Origin: Acidobacteriota bacterium
GTDB taxonomy: Bacteria > Acidobacteriota > Polarisedimenticolia > Gp22-AA2
Assembly: GCA_018606725.1 (NCBI GenBank)
Contig: JAGYID010000031.1
Coordinates: forward strand, 1-62,724
Reading direction: 5' to 3'
Length of the DNA stretch: 62,724 bases
Each line of letters starts with the position of its first letter. Positions within the stretch are counted from its first letter, which is position 1. The notes under the pieces were generated by a model. The model had not been told where the DNA came from. It was given only the letters and a program-made list of their open reading frames with translations, and searched no databases. This document shows, piece after piece, positions 18,159 through 27,084 of the stretch. A program made the translations under genes and the position numbers.

Positions 18159-20321
18159 ATGCAGAAAGACGAAGCGTACGGCAGGGTCTACATGCTGGCG
18201 GTGGCGGCGGCCGCGGCGGCGCTGGCCGGGGCCTCGGCGGCGGCGGTGTCGCTGCTGCTGGCGAATCAGCCGACCACCATCTCGTCGATCGCCCTGGTCC
18301 CGATCCTCGGCATCGGCTGGGTGATGTATCGCGCCTACAAGCGGCGCGTCGCCGACAGCCTGACCCGCATCGACCAGCTGATGCGCATTCACCTGTCGAC
18401 CATCGAGGCGCTGGCGCTGGCCATCGACGCCAAGGACCCGTACGCGGTCGGGCGCTCCCGTCGCGTCCAGGCGTATGCCCTGGAAATCGCCCGCCTGATG
18501 CGGGTGCCGAAGAAGCAGCTCGAGGCGGTGCGGGCGGCGGCGCTCCTGCACGACATCGGCAAGCTGGCGATCCCGGATCACCTGCTCCACAAGCCGGGCC
18601 GCCTGACCGAGGTGGAGTATCAGAAGGTCAAGGCCCACCCGGCGGTGGCGGCGGAGATCCTGGCCAGCATCGATTTTCCCTACCCGGTCGTCCCGGCCGT
18701 GCGTCACCACCACGAGCGCTGGGACGGGAGCGGTTACCCGGACGGGCTGAAGGGGGAGCAGATTCCGCTCGCCGCCCGCATCCTGTCGGTGGCCGACGTG
18801 TTCGAGGCGCTCACCTCCGACCGCGTCTACCGCAGCCGCATGTCCTACGAGGAGGCGATGAGCCTCGTCGAGGCCTGGTCGGGGGTGCAGTTCGACCCGC
18901 GCGTGGTGCGGACGCTGCGCGAAAATCTGCGGCGCGTCGTCGAGGCGGCGACCCGCCCCTTGGAGGAGAGGCGCGACGGAAACGACGAGAGCGGCGCGCG
19001 GCCGGGCGCGTGGGATGGCTCCAACCCGCTGGGCGACCTGCTGCACGGCGCCGCCATGCTCGGCAACGGCGAGGATCACGGCGGTTTCGGCGACCGCCTG
19101 CACCGCGGCATCGGCGCCCCCGGTGCGCGCGCCCGGGCCACGGGGTCGGCCGGCGCCGGCGACCGGGGCGGAGCCGCGTGGCCGTCGCAGGACGCGCTCG
19201 ACGCCGGTGTCTGGCTGGAGCGTGACCAGGCCGGCGCGGTCATCGGGCGCCGCGCCGCGGTCCTCAGCGACATCTCCTCGGCGCACCGCGAGGTCTACGC
19301 CCTGTACGAGATCGCCCAGATGCTCGGTGCGTCGCTCCGGCTGGCCGAGGTCCTCGAGGTCGTGGTCAACAAGATCGGCCAGCTGGTGCCCTTTCGGACC
19401 TGCGCCATCTACCTCGCCGCCGAGGGCTCCGACGCGCTGACCGCCCGCTTCACGGCGGGCGAGAACGCCGACCTGCTGCGCGGCCGGACCCTGCGCGCCG
19501 GCGAGGGGATCACCGGGTGGGCGGCGGCGCACAAGAACAACCGCTTCTCGTCGTCGGCCGAGGCGGATTTCGCCGGCACGAGCATCGATGCGTCGCAGTA
19601 CTCGACCGCCGCGGCGTTCCCCCTGTGCCACGACAACACCGCTCTCGGGGTCATCACCCTCTACTTCCCGAAGGGGGTCGCCTGTCTCGACGACCACGTC
19701 CGGATGATGGACATCATCGCCAAGCTGTCCGCCGGGGCGGTGTTCAACAGCACCATGTTCGCCGAGACCCAGGAGTCGGCGCTGACCGACGACCTCACCG
19801 GGCTCCCCAACGCCCGCTACCTGCGCCAGGTGTTCGAGCAGGAGAAGATCCGCAGCCAGCAGGCCGGCCAGCCGATGGCGTTGCTGCACATGGATCTCGA
19901 CGACTTCAAGCTGATCAACGACCGGCACGGGCACCACGTCGGCGACCGTTACCTGCGCGAGATCAGCCGGGTGCTGAAGAGCCACCTGCGCGAGCGCGAC
20001 ATCCTGGTGCGCCTGTCGGGGGACGAATTCGCCGCCGTCCTGCCGCTGACCGGCTTCGCGCCGGCGGCGCTCCTGGTCGAGCGGCTGCAGCAGGCGGTCG
20101 ATCTGTTCACCATCCGGCTGGACGAAGGCAAGGTGGCGCGCGCCGGCCTGTCGGTCGGCATCGCCCTCTATCCCCAGGACGGCGAGCTGTTCGAAGATCT
20201 GATGGTGCGCGCCGACTACAACATGTACCAGAACAAGTCGAGCCGGAAGAACGCCCGCGTCGAGCTCCAGCCGAACATCGTCCCCTTCCCGATCAAGAGC
20301 CCCGGCGGCAAGTCCTCCTAG
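18159..20321 (+). CDS. membrane-anchored HD-GYP phosphodiesterase / GAF / GGDEF diguanylate cyclase composite protein
   Basis: Two N-terminal TM helices. HD-GYP motifs LHDIGK and HHERWDGSGYP. A central GAF-like region. A GGDEF domain with SGDEF at the active site and an RERD I-site five residues upstream. Confidence 0.88.
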   Translation: MQKDEAYGRVYMLAVAAAAAALAGASAAAVSLLLANQPTTISSIALVPILGIGWVMYRAYKRRVADSLTRIDQLMRIHLSTIEALALAIDAKDPYAVGRSRRVQAYALEIARLMRVPKKQLEAVRAAALLHDIGKLAIPDHLLHKPGRLTEVEYQKVKAHPAVAAEILASIDFPYPVVPAVRHHHERWDGSGYPDGLKGEQIPLAARILSVADVFEALTSDRVYRSRMSYEEAMSLVEAWSGVQFDPRVVRTLRENLRRVVEAATRPLEERRDGNDESGARPGAWDGSNPLGDLLHGAAMLGNGEDHGGFGDRLHRGIGAPGARARATGSAGAGDRGGAAWPSQDALDAGVWLERDQAGAVIGRRAAVLSDISSAHREVYALYEIAQMLGASLRLAEVLEVVVNKIGQLVPFRTCAIYLAAEGSDALTARFTAGENADLLRGRTLRAGEGITGWAAAHKNNRFSSSAEADFAGTSIDASQYSTAAAFPLCHDNTALGVITLYFPKGVACLDDHVRMMDIIAKLSAGAVFNSTMFAETQESALTDDLTGLPNARYLRQVFEQEKIRSQQAGQPMALLHMDLDDFKLINDRHGHHVGDRYLREISRVLKSHLRERDILVRLSGDEFAAVLPLTGFAPAALLVERLQQAVDLFTIRLDEGKVARAGLSVGIALYPQDGELFEDLMVRADYNMYQNKSSRKNARVELQPNIVPFPIKSPGGKSS

Positions 20322-20366
20322 GGGCCGGTCCGAGTATTCGGCCGGGCCGCGCACACCTAGCGCGGC

Positions 20367-20395
20367 TTGACAGCCGGTCAGCCCCTGCATACTGT
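20367..20395 (+). promoter_or_regulatory. candidate promoter giving a leaderless or near-leaderless phosphatase mRNA
   Basis: TTGACA (20367-20372), 17-nt spacer, TACTGT (20390-20395). The ATG lies 9 nt after the -10 and has no SD. Confidence 0.45.
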
Positions 20396-20404
20396 CCGGC
20401 TCGC

Positions 20405-21766
20405 ATGCCACGGTTAAGCCCGCTCACCACGCTGCAGATCGTTCTGCTGTCGACGCTACCGGTGCTCACCGCCGGTGCGGCGCCCGCCGAGGCAGCGGCC
20501 GACGGAGGCGCCGCGGCGCGGCCGGCGGGTCGCAGCGCCGTGCTGTTCATCGGCGACGGCATGGGGCCGGCCTACGTGACGGCGACGCGGGTGGCGAAGG
20601 GCGGGTCGGCCGGTCGGCTGCACCTCGACGACTTCCCGTACACCGCGCTGGTCCGCACTTGGTCGGCGACCGGCCCGGTCACCGATTCTGCGGCGGCGGC
20701 GACCGCCTATGCCTGCGGGCGGAAGACGGTCAACGGCGTGCTGTGCGAGGACGCCACGGCGGTCTACGGAAAACGGGACGGCGGCAGGCTGGAGTCGATC
20801 GCCCGTTGGGCGAAGCGGCGCGGTCTGCGCGTCGGGCTGGTGACGACGGCGCGCGTCACGCACGCCACCCCGGCCGCCTTTTATGCCGTCGAGGACAACC
20901 GCGATCAGGAGCGGGCGATCGCCCGGGCGGCGATCGATTCGGGGCTCGATTTCATCCTCGGCGGTGGGCGGCGCTTCTTCGCCGCCGAGGCGCCGCGCGT
21001 GGCGACCGACGGCTGGCAGCCGTCCGATCGCGACGACCTGGTCGCAGCGGCACGGACCAGGGGCTGGCGGGTCGTCATGACCGGTGAGGAGCTCAGGAAG
21101 GTGACCGCGCTGTCGCGTCCGGTGCTGGGGCTGTTCGACGCCGACCACCTGCCGTACGAGGCGCCCGCGCCGATCGCGCCCCGCCCGGCGCCGACGCTGC
21201 GCGACATGACCCGCTGGGCGATCTCCGTCCTGCGGCGGTCCGGTCGGCCGTTCTTCCTGATGGTCGAGGGGGGGCGGATCGATCATGCCGGGCACGAGAG
21301 CTGGGCCCGGACGCTGGTCGACGAGACCGCCGCCTTTGACGACGCCATCGGCGAGGCGACGCGCCTGCTCGATCCCAAGTCGACGATGATCCTGGTGACC
21401 GCCGACCACGAGACCGGCGGGCTGGCGATCAACGGCTACCCGGAGGAGAAGGACGGATTGTTCGGCACCGTGCCGTCCGACGAGGGGGCCGCGCCGCACC
21501 CGGTCCTCACCTTCGCGGGCGGCCCCGGAACGAGGGAGGGCCCGCGCGGCGCGCCTTACGGCGCCGACGATCCGCGCCCCACTCTGTTCGTCGACTCGGC
21601 GCACACCGGCGTCGACGTGATCCTGTACGGCTGGGGCGCCGGCGCCTGGCAGGTGCGCGGCACGCTCGACAACACGGCGGTGTACGTTCTCCTGTACGAC
21701 CACCTGTCGGGCCGCGCGTCGAAACGTTCCGAGCTGGCGGGCCCGCGCGCCGCCGCCGGGCGCTGA
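20405..21766 (+). CDS. alkaline phosphatase (PhoA family)
   Basis: Signal peptide. Motifs FIGDGMG, the nucleophile block VTDSAAAATAYACG, and TADHETGG. Confidence 0.88.
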   Translation: MPRLSPLTTLQIVLLSTLPVLTAGAAPAEAAADGGAAARPAGRSAVLFIGDGMGPAYVTATRVAKGGSAGRLHLDDFPYTALVRTWSATGPVTDSAAAATAYACGRKTVNGVLCEDATAVYGKRDGGRLESIARWAKRRGLRVGLVTTARVTHATPAAFYAVEDNRDQERAIARAAIDSGLDFILGGGRRFFAAEAPRVATDGWQPSDRDDLVAAARTRGWRVVMTGEELRKVTALSRPVLGLFDADHLPYEAPAPIAPRPAPTLRDMTRWAISVLRRSGRPFFLMVEGGRIDHAGHESWARTLVDETAAFDDAIGEATRLLDPKSTMILVTADHETGGLAINGYPEEKDGLFGTVPSDEGAAPHPVLTFAGGPGTREGPRGAPYGADDPRPTLFVDSAHTGVDVILYGWGAGAWQVRGTLDNTAVYVLLYDHLSGRASKRSELAGPRAAAGR

Positions 21767-21804
21767 CCGGGAGAGGCGCCGTCATTGGACAATGGCACGG
21801 TGGT

Positions 21805-23328
21805 TCAGCGGAAGGCGCGGGACGCCTCGTCCCACTTCAGGTCCTTGCGACGCTTGCTCCAGAACTGATCGAGCCGCTGCAAGAGCGCCCTGCCTTCCTC
21901 CGAGTCGGGATCGGCCGAGGACGGGTCGCTCTGGCGGGTCAGACCGAGAAACGTCGACAAAGCGTCCATGCGGGCGAGGCGGGCGTCGCCACCGCGCGCC
22001 AGCTCGAGCAGGATCGGCAGCGCCTCGACCTCTCCCAGCCCGGCCAGCGCCTGCGCCATCCGCAGCCGCACCCACTCGTCCTCGTCGGCATTCCTGAGGG
22101 CGTGCCTCAGAGGGGCCACCGCGGCTCGGCTGCCGGAGCGTCCGAGGGCCTGCGCCGCCGCCTCGCGGACGGCCGGCGCCTGGTCGTGCAACGCGTTGAC
22201 GAGATCGGGAAGGATGCGCGGGTCGTTCGTCGCCGCCAGCTGCGCGACGGCGGCGGCGCGCACATTCTCGTGCGTGTCGCCGAGTGCCCGGCGCAGCTCG
22301 TCCACGCCGGAACCGACCTCGTGCTCGGGCGCGGCGCCCGGCACGACCGCGTCGGAGGCGGCGGGGGAGCCGGCCGCGGCGGCTCCGGCGGCGGGCGCGC
22401 CAGAGTCGTCGTGATGACCGGCGGCGGGGCCCGGCCGGAACAGGATCAGCATCCAGCCGGCGAGGACCATCGCCCCCGCCGTCGCGGCGGCGATCGCCAG
22501 GGCGCGCGGCCGGCTGCCCGCCGTGACGATCGCCCGGACGGTGCCGCCCAGAGCCAGCGCCAGCGCGAAGCAGACCATGATCGTCGGCCCCGACGGCCGG
22601 TCGTAGGAGAACAGCAGGCCGATGGCGCTGACGATGGTCGCCATCGCCCAGCCGGTGATCAAACGGCGCTTCAGGTCGTCGAAGAACATCACCGCGAACA
22701 CCGACGGGGCCACCAGGTAGCAGAACACCAGCAGCACCCCGGCGATCTGCACCGACGACGTGATGACGAACCCGAACGACAGGTAGAAGAGGAAATCCCA
22801 CAGCCGCACGCTGAGTCCCTGCGCATACGCCTGCTCCGGCTGCAGCGAAATCAGCAGAAAGTTCCTGCGGAATACGAAGTGGAAGAGTCCGATCAGCGCG
22901 TACAGGAAGGCGGTCTTGCCGATCTGGCCCGGTGTGACCCAGACGATGCTGCCGGCCAGGAGGTCGTGCAGGTGCTCGGCGCCGTGGGGCGAGATGTCGG
23001 CCAGCAGGATGGCGGCGGCCGAGGCGGTGGCGTAGGTCAGTCCGATGATCGCCTCCTGGGGGACGCGCTCGTGCTTGGTCCGGGTCAGGGCGAAGATCAC
23101 CGCCGCCAGGATGGCGAAGGCGAGCGACAGGAAGTAGGCGCCCTCCGAGCGCGGGTCGTAGCCGAGCAGGAACGCCACCGTGGCGCCGAGGGCGGCGATC
23201 TGCGCCAGGGCGATGTCGACGAAGATCACCTTGCGGCTGATGACGTGGATGCCGAGATACACGTGGATGCCGGTCAGCACGAGGCAGGCGAGGAACGGCA
23301 GGAAGAGGACCTGAAGCTGCTGCGTCAC
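21805..23328 (-). CDS. ABC-3 (ZnuB/TroCD-type) metal transporter permease fused to a C-terminal HEAT-repeat domain
   Basis: 507 aa. Residues 1-270 are an ABC-3 permease (about 8 TM), followed by an extra TM and a GHHDD linker. Residues 340-450 carry HEAT-like repeats (NVRAAAVAQL, PAVREAAAQALG, EWVRLRMAQALAG). Confidence 0.85.
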   Translation of the reverse strand: MTQQLQVLFLPFLACLVLTGIHVYLGIHVISRKVIFVDIALAQIAALGATVAFLLGYDPRSEGAYFLSLAFAILAAVIFALTRTKHERVPQEAIIGLTYATASAAAILLADISPHGAEHLHDLLAGSIVWVTPGQIGKTAFLYALIGLFHFVFRRNFLLISLQPEQAYAQGLSVRLWDFLFYLSFGFVITSSVQIAGVLLVFCYLVAPSVFAVMFFDDLKRRLITGWAMATIVSAIGLLFSYDRPSGPTIMVCFALALALGGTVRAIVTAGSRPRALAIAAATAGAMVLAGWMLILFRPGPAAGHHDDSGAPAAGAAAAGSPAASDAVVPGAAPEHEVGSGVDELRRALGDTHENVRAAAVAQLAATNDPRILPDLVNALHDQAPAVREAAAQALGRSGSRAAVAPLRHALRNADEDEWVRLRMAQALAGLGEVEALPILLELARGGDARLARMDALSTFLGLTRQSDPSSADPDSEEGRALLQRLDQFWSKRRKDLKWDEASRAFR

Positions 23329-23332
23329 GGAT

Positions 23333-24490
23333 CTATCCTCCCGATGTCCGGCCCGCCGCGGTCAGCGCCTGGACGATCCGCCCGGTCACCATGTCGAACA
23401 GCTTGAAGTAATCGGTTGCCTCCGGCGCGCCCCCCACTTCGATCGGCAGCGTGACGATGCTCACGCCGGTCCGCTCGGCGAGGGAGTCGGTCGAGCGGTG
23501 CTCGACATACGGCCGGGTGAGGATCGCCTTGACGTCCCCCTGCTTCAGTCGCTCGACCAGCTCCCCGAGGTGCTTGGCCGACGGCTGGATGCCGGGCTTC
23601 GGCTCGACATAGTCGACGACGCGGATGCCGAAGCGGGCCGCGAAGTACGAGTAGTCCTTGTGATAGGTGACCACCGGCTTCCCCCGCGCGGCCTGCATCG
23701 CGCCCAGCCAGCCGCCCAGCCGGGCGCGCAGCGGGGCGCCGGCGACGGTCGTGCCGTCGAGAAACGCATCGAGCGTGCCGGCCTGGGCCTCGCGCGCCAG
23801 CTTGGCGCCGCCGGCGAGATCGACGACCTCCTTCCCGAACAGGGACTCGTACAGGCGGCGCTCGAAGGCGCGCCGGTTGTCATCGTAGAACGCGGCGCCC
23901 GACGGGTCGGCGCGTTTGAGCGCCTCGGCGATGGTGGCGGCGACGGTCACGGCGTTCAACGGGTCGGTCAGGTAGTGCGGATTGCCGTACGGGTGGACGT
24001 CCCCCTCGGTCCGGCTCAGGGTCGAGGGGATCTCGACGACGGCGATGCCGCTCGAGCAGTCGACATAGCCGGCTCCCCCCGGCAGAAGACGGGCCGAGCG
24101 CGCCCCCTGGGTCAGGGGCGGGATCCAGCCGATCTCCAGGTCGAGGCCGTTGATCAGCAGCAGGTCGGCCTTGCGGAGCTTGACGATGTAGCTCGGCTTC
24201 GGGTCGACGAAGTGGGCGTCCTGGGTGCCGGTGGCGATGGTGGTCACCTCGATGCGGTCGCCCCCGATGGCGCCGGCGATCGAGCCGAGGTTCGGAAGCG
24301 CCGCGACGACCTGCACCTTCCCCGGTCCGGCGGCGGCCGCGACCGGCTCTGCAGCCGCGGCGCCGGCGAGCAGGAGCGTCAGGACTGCGGCCGACCAACA
24401 CAGGGCGCGTCGACCGGGGACGCGCGTCGCCTGCGGCCGTGGCATCGTGGTGTAGGACGTCGGTGTTCGTGGTCTCTGAGTGTGTCGCAT
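23333..24490 (-). CDS. ZnuA/TroA-family (cluster A-I) metal-binding periplasmic protein
   Basis: Motifs DAHFVDPKPS, DVHPYGNPHYLTDP, HKDYSYFAARFG and EPKPGIQPSAKHL. The ATG at 24490 is preceded by GAGG. An alternative ATG lies at 24445. Confidence 0.85.
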   Translation of the reverse strand: MRHTQRPRTPTSYTTMPRPQATRVPGRRALCWSAAVLTLLLAGAAAAEPVAAAAGPGKVQVVAALPNLGSIAGAIGGDRIEVTTIATGTQDAHFVDPKPSYIVKLRKADLLLINGLDLEIGWIPPLTQGARSARLLPGGAGYVDCSSGIAVVEIPSTLSRTEGDVHPYGNPHYLTDPLNAVTVAATIAEALKRADPSGAAFYDDNRRAFERRLYESLFGKEVVDLAGGAKLAREAQAGTLDAFLDGTTVAGAPLRARLGGWLGAMQAARGKPVVTYHKDYSYFAARFGIRVVDYVEPKPGIQPSAKHLGELVERLKQGDVKAILTRPYVEHRSTDSLAERTGVSIVTLPIEVGGAPEATDYFKLFDMVTGRIVQALTAAGRTSGG

Positions 24491-24497
24491 GGGAACC

Positions 24498-25892
24498 TCA
24501 ATACTTGTGCGCGCCGTGGGCCCCGATGACCGGGATCCACTCGAAGAAGATCTGGTTGTCGTCGGCATCGCCGTCGAAACGCGCCGCGGCTTCGGGGTTG
24601 CGTCCTGTGTGCTTGAACTGGAAGCGCAGCTCCTGAAACTCGGAGGGCTGGAAGCGAACCACGGCGGAGGCCGCCTGCGTGCGGGCCGTGGCGCTGTCGG
24701 GGAACCCCGACAGGTCGTAGCGGGCCCCGACGCGCCACTGCTTGGCGATCTGCCATTCGGCGTAGGTGTAGCCGCCGCCGCTGCTCACGGTGTCCGGGCG
24801 CAGCGCCGGCGCCGCGGTCAGGACATCGGTGTCGCGGCGGCCGTGCAGGTACTCGGTCTGCCAGAGGAACGACTTGTAGACGTTGAGCTGGAGCGGCTTC
24901 CATTTCCAGGTCACGTCGAGCCCCTGCACGGCCGAGGCGAACTCGTCCCCGGGCTGCAGCCCGGCGCACGGAAGGCCGCAGGCCGCCAGATCGTCGAACG
25001 ATTGCTCCGAGGGCCCGGTGGTGCCGCGCGCGCCGCTCAGACCGAGCTCGACCGTGCTGTTGGCGCCGGTGTTGAGGAACCAGCTCAGGTGGGCGAGATA
25101 CGCCATGTGATGGCCATCGCTGTTGAAGGCCGGCCCCGGCCGCGGGGTACCGGCCTCGACGATGAAGTCGATGTACTGGTCCCAGGGATTGGGGACGAGC
25201 ACGCTCAGACCCAGGCCGTCGCTGGTCAGGCTCTCCTCGCCAAGGAAGTTCACCAGCGCGTCGGGGCGCTCGACGGTGAAGAAAGCGTGGGTGTGGAGCT
25301 GGTTCCACTTGCCGAACGAGCTCTTGAACCGCCCGCCCCGCAGCTGCAGGGAGCCGGGCAGGCTGAGCGAGGTGAGAAAGCCCTCCTCGACCTCCGGCGA
25401 CTCCCCGGCGGGGAACGACAGGAACAGGTCGACCTTGGCGAACGGATCGACCGCCGACTGGAGGGCGATCTCCGCCTCGCTCAGGTCGAACCCGTTCTGG
25501 TCCTCCTGGCGGCTGAGCGAGGTGTTGCCGACGAGCTGCATGACCGCGCTGATCGCCGGGTTCAACAGCCCCTGGCTGCGGGTCGGCGGCGCGGCGGCCG
25601 CCGGCGCCGCCACCGGCTCCGGAGCGGGGGGCGCCACCGGGATGGCGACCGGAGCCGGAGGGGCCGCCGCCGCGCCGGCCGACAGGGCGCGCATCTGGTC
25701 CTGGAGGGTCCGGAGCTGCGCCTTCAGCTCCTCGATCTCCCGGCGCAGCGACTCCACCTCCGAGGCCGGCGCGGCCCCGGCCGTCCCGGCGGGGTCGGCG
25801 ACCTGGTCGCCCGTGGCGCTCTCCTGGGCGCCGGTCGACAGGACCGGCCAGAGGAGACAGGCGACCGGGAGAAGCCATCGAATGAATCTCAT
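24498..25892 (-). CDS. outer-membrane beta-barrel porin with N-terminal coiled coil and Pro/Ala-rich linker
   Basis: The ATG at 25892 is preceded by GAGGGTGAG. Signal peptide MRFIRWLLPVACLLWPVLSTGA. Coiled coil EVESLRREIEELKAQLRTLQDQMRAL. Alternating beta pattern. C-terminus GAHGAHKY with a terminal aromatic residue. Confidence 0.7.
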   Translation of the reverse strand: MRFIRWLLPVACLLWPVLSTGAQESATGDQVADPAGTAGAAPASEVESLRREIEELKAQLRTLQDQMRALSAGAAAAPPAPVAIPVAPPAPEPVAAPAAAAPPTRSQGLLNPAISAVMQLVGNTSLSRQEDQNGFDLSEAEIALQSAVDPFAKVDLFLSFPAGESPEVEEGFLTSLSLPGSLQLRGGRFKSSFGKWNQLHTHAFFTVERPDALVNFLGEESLTSDGLGLSVLVPNPWDQYIDFIVEAGTPRPGPAFNSDGHHMAYLAHLSWFLNTGANSTVELGLSGARGTTGPSEQSFDDLAACGLPCAGLQPGDEFASAVQGLDVTWKWKPLQLNVYKSFLWQTEYLHGRRDTDVLTAAPALRPDTVSSGGGYTYAEWQIAKQWRVGARYDLSGFPDSATARTQAASAVVRFQPSEFQELRFQFKHTGRNPEAAARFDGDADDNQIFFEWIPVIGAHGAHKY

Positions 25893-26007
25893 CTCACCCT
25901 CATGCGGGGGCTGCATTCTTGAGCCAGCCGTTGAAGTGCCCGGATCCGTCGCCTTGGGAGGCCGGGGCCGGACATGGTCTCGGGAAACCGGAAAGGGAAG
26001 CCGACGA

Positions 26008-27084
26008 CTAGGCGACGACGGGGGGAGCGCGCAGGAGATTGAAGCGGCGGGCATCGGCGGTGAGGGGGCGATCGGCGCGCGGGCCGGCGAGAAGCGCCGG
26101 CAGGCCCGCCGGCGCCGCCATCGTCTCGAGACGATGCGCGATCAGCGGCGCATGCAGAGCCTTGCAGGTGGCGCAGTCGCGTTGGGCATCGCCGTGAGGC
26201 GACGCGCTGTGCAGCAGAGACAGGCCGAAGAGCGCCAGGAGGAACACGGCGCACCACGAATGCTGGCCGGGTTCCCGGGGTCCGCCGGCGATCGGGGCGA
26301 TCGGCACGACGTAGGGCGCGCCGGTACCGGGATCGATCTCGACGCGCGCCTCGGTATCGTACACCGAACGCAGCAGATCGGCGTTGAGGACGGCGACCGG
26401 CACGCCGTCGGCCGCCAGGCGGCCGGCCCGCAGCACGATGAGGCGCGAGCCGTAGCGCGCCGCCAGATTGAGGTCATGCGAGGTGGTGACCACGGTCAGG
26501 CGCCGGTCGCGATTGAGGCGGCGCAGGATGTCGTAGATCTGCAGCCGGTGCTTCAGGTCGAGAAAGGCGGTCGGCTCGTCGAGCAGCAACAGCCGCGGCT
26601 GCTGTGCCAGGGCTCTGGCGATGAGGGCCCGCTGCCGCTCGCCGCTCGACAGCTCGCGCAGGCGCTTGTCCTGGTGATCGGCCAGGTCGACGTCACTGAG
26701 CGCCGCCCGCGCGGCGGCAAAATCGGCCGGGCCCTCCAGCCCGAACAGCCCGAGGTGCGGCGCGCGCCCCATCAGGACCACCTCGAGGACGCTGAAATCG
26801 AATAACAGGCTGGATTCCGGCAGCACGACTGCGACCAGCCGGGCCCGCTGGCGCGGGCGCAGCGACAGGACCGGCTGCCCGGCCATCACGACGTCGCCCC
26901 CCTCGGGCGCGAGGATTCCGGAAAGCAGCCGCAGCAGGGTTGTCTTCCCGGAGCCGTTCGGGCCGAGAACCGAGACGAACTCCCCCTCATTGATTCCGAT
27001 GGAGAAGTCGTCAAACAGCGGCGGCGCATCGGGATAGCGGAAGCGCACGGCGCGCGCCGCCAGGATCGGAGCAGCCTCACTCAA
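26008..27084 (-). CDS. FepC/BtuD-type ABC ATPase with a roughly 95-aa C-terminal extension (TM helix + His/Cys motif)
   Basis: Walker A GPNGSGKTT, signature LSSGERQR, Walker B LLLLDEPT and HDLNLAARY. Residues 277-291 form a hydrophobic helix, followed by HSASPHGDAQRDCATCKALH. Confidence 0.88.
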   Translation of the reverse strand: MSEAAPILAARAVRFRYPDAPPLFDDFSIGINEGEFVSVLGPNGSGKTTLLRLLSGILAPEGGDVVMAGQPVLSLRPRQRARLVAVVLPESSLLFDFSVLEVVLMGRAPHLGLFGLEGPADFAAARAALSDVDLADHQDKRLRELSSGERQRALIARALAQQPRLLLLDEPTAFLDLKHRLQIYDILRRLNRDRRLTVVTTSHDLNLAARYGSRLIVLRAGRLAADGVPVAVLNADLLRSVYDTEARVEIDPGTGAPYVVPIAPIAGGPREPGQHSWCAVFLLALFGLSLLHSASPHGDAQRDCATCKALHAPLIAHRLETMAAPAGLPALLAGPRADRPLTADARRFNLLRAPPVVA

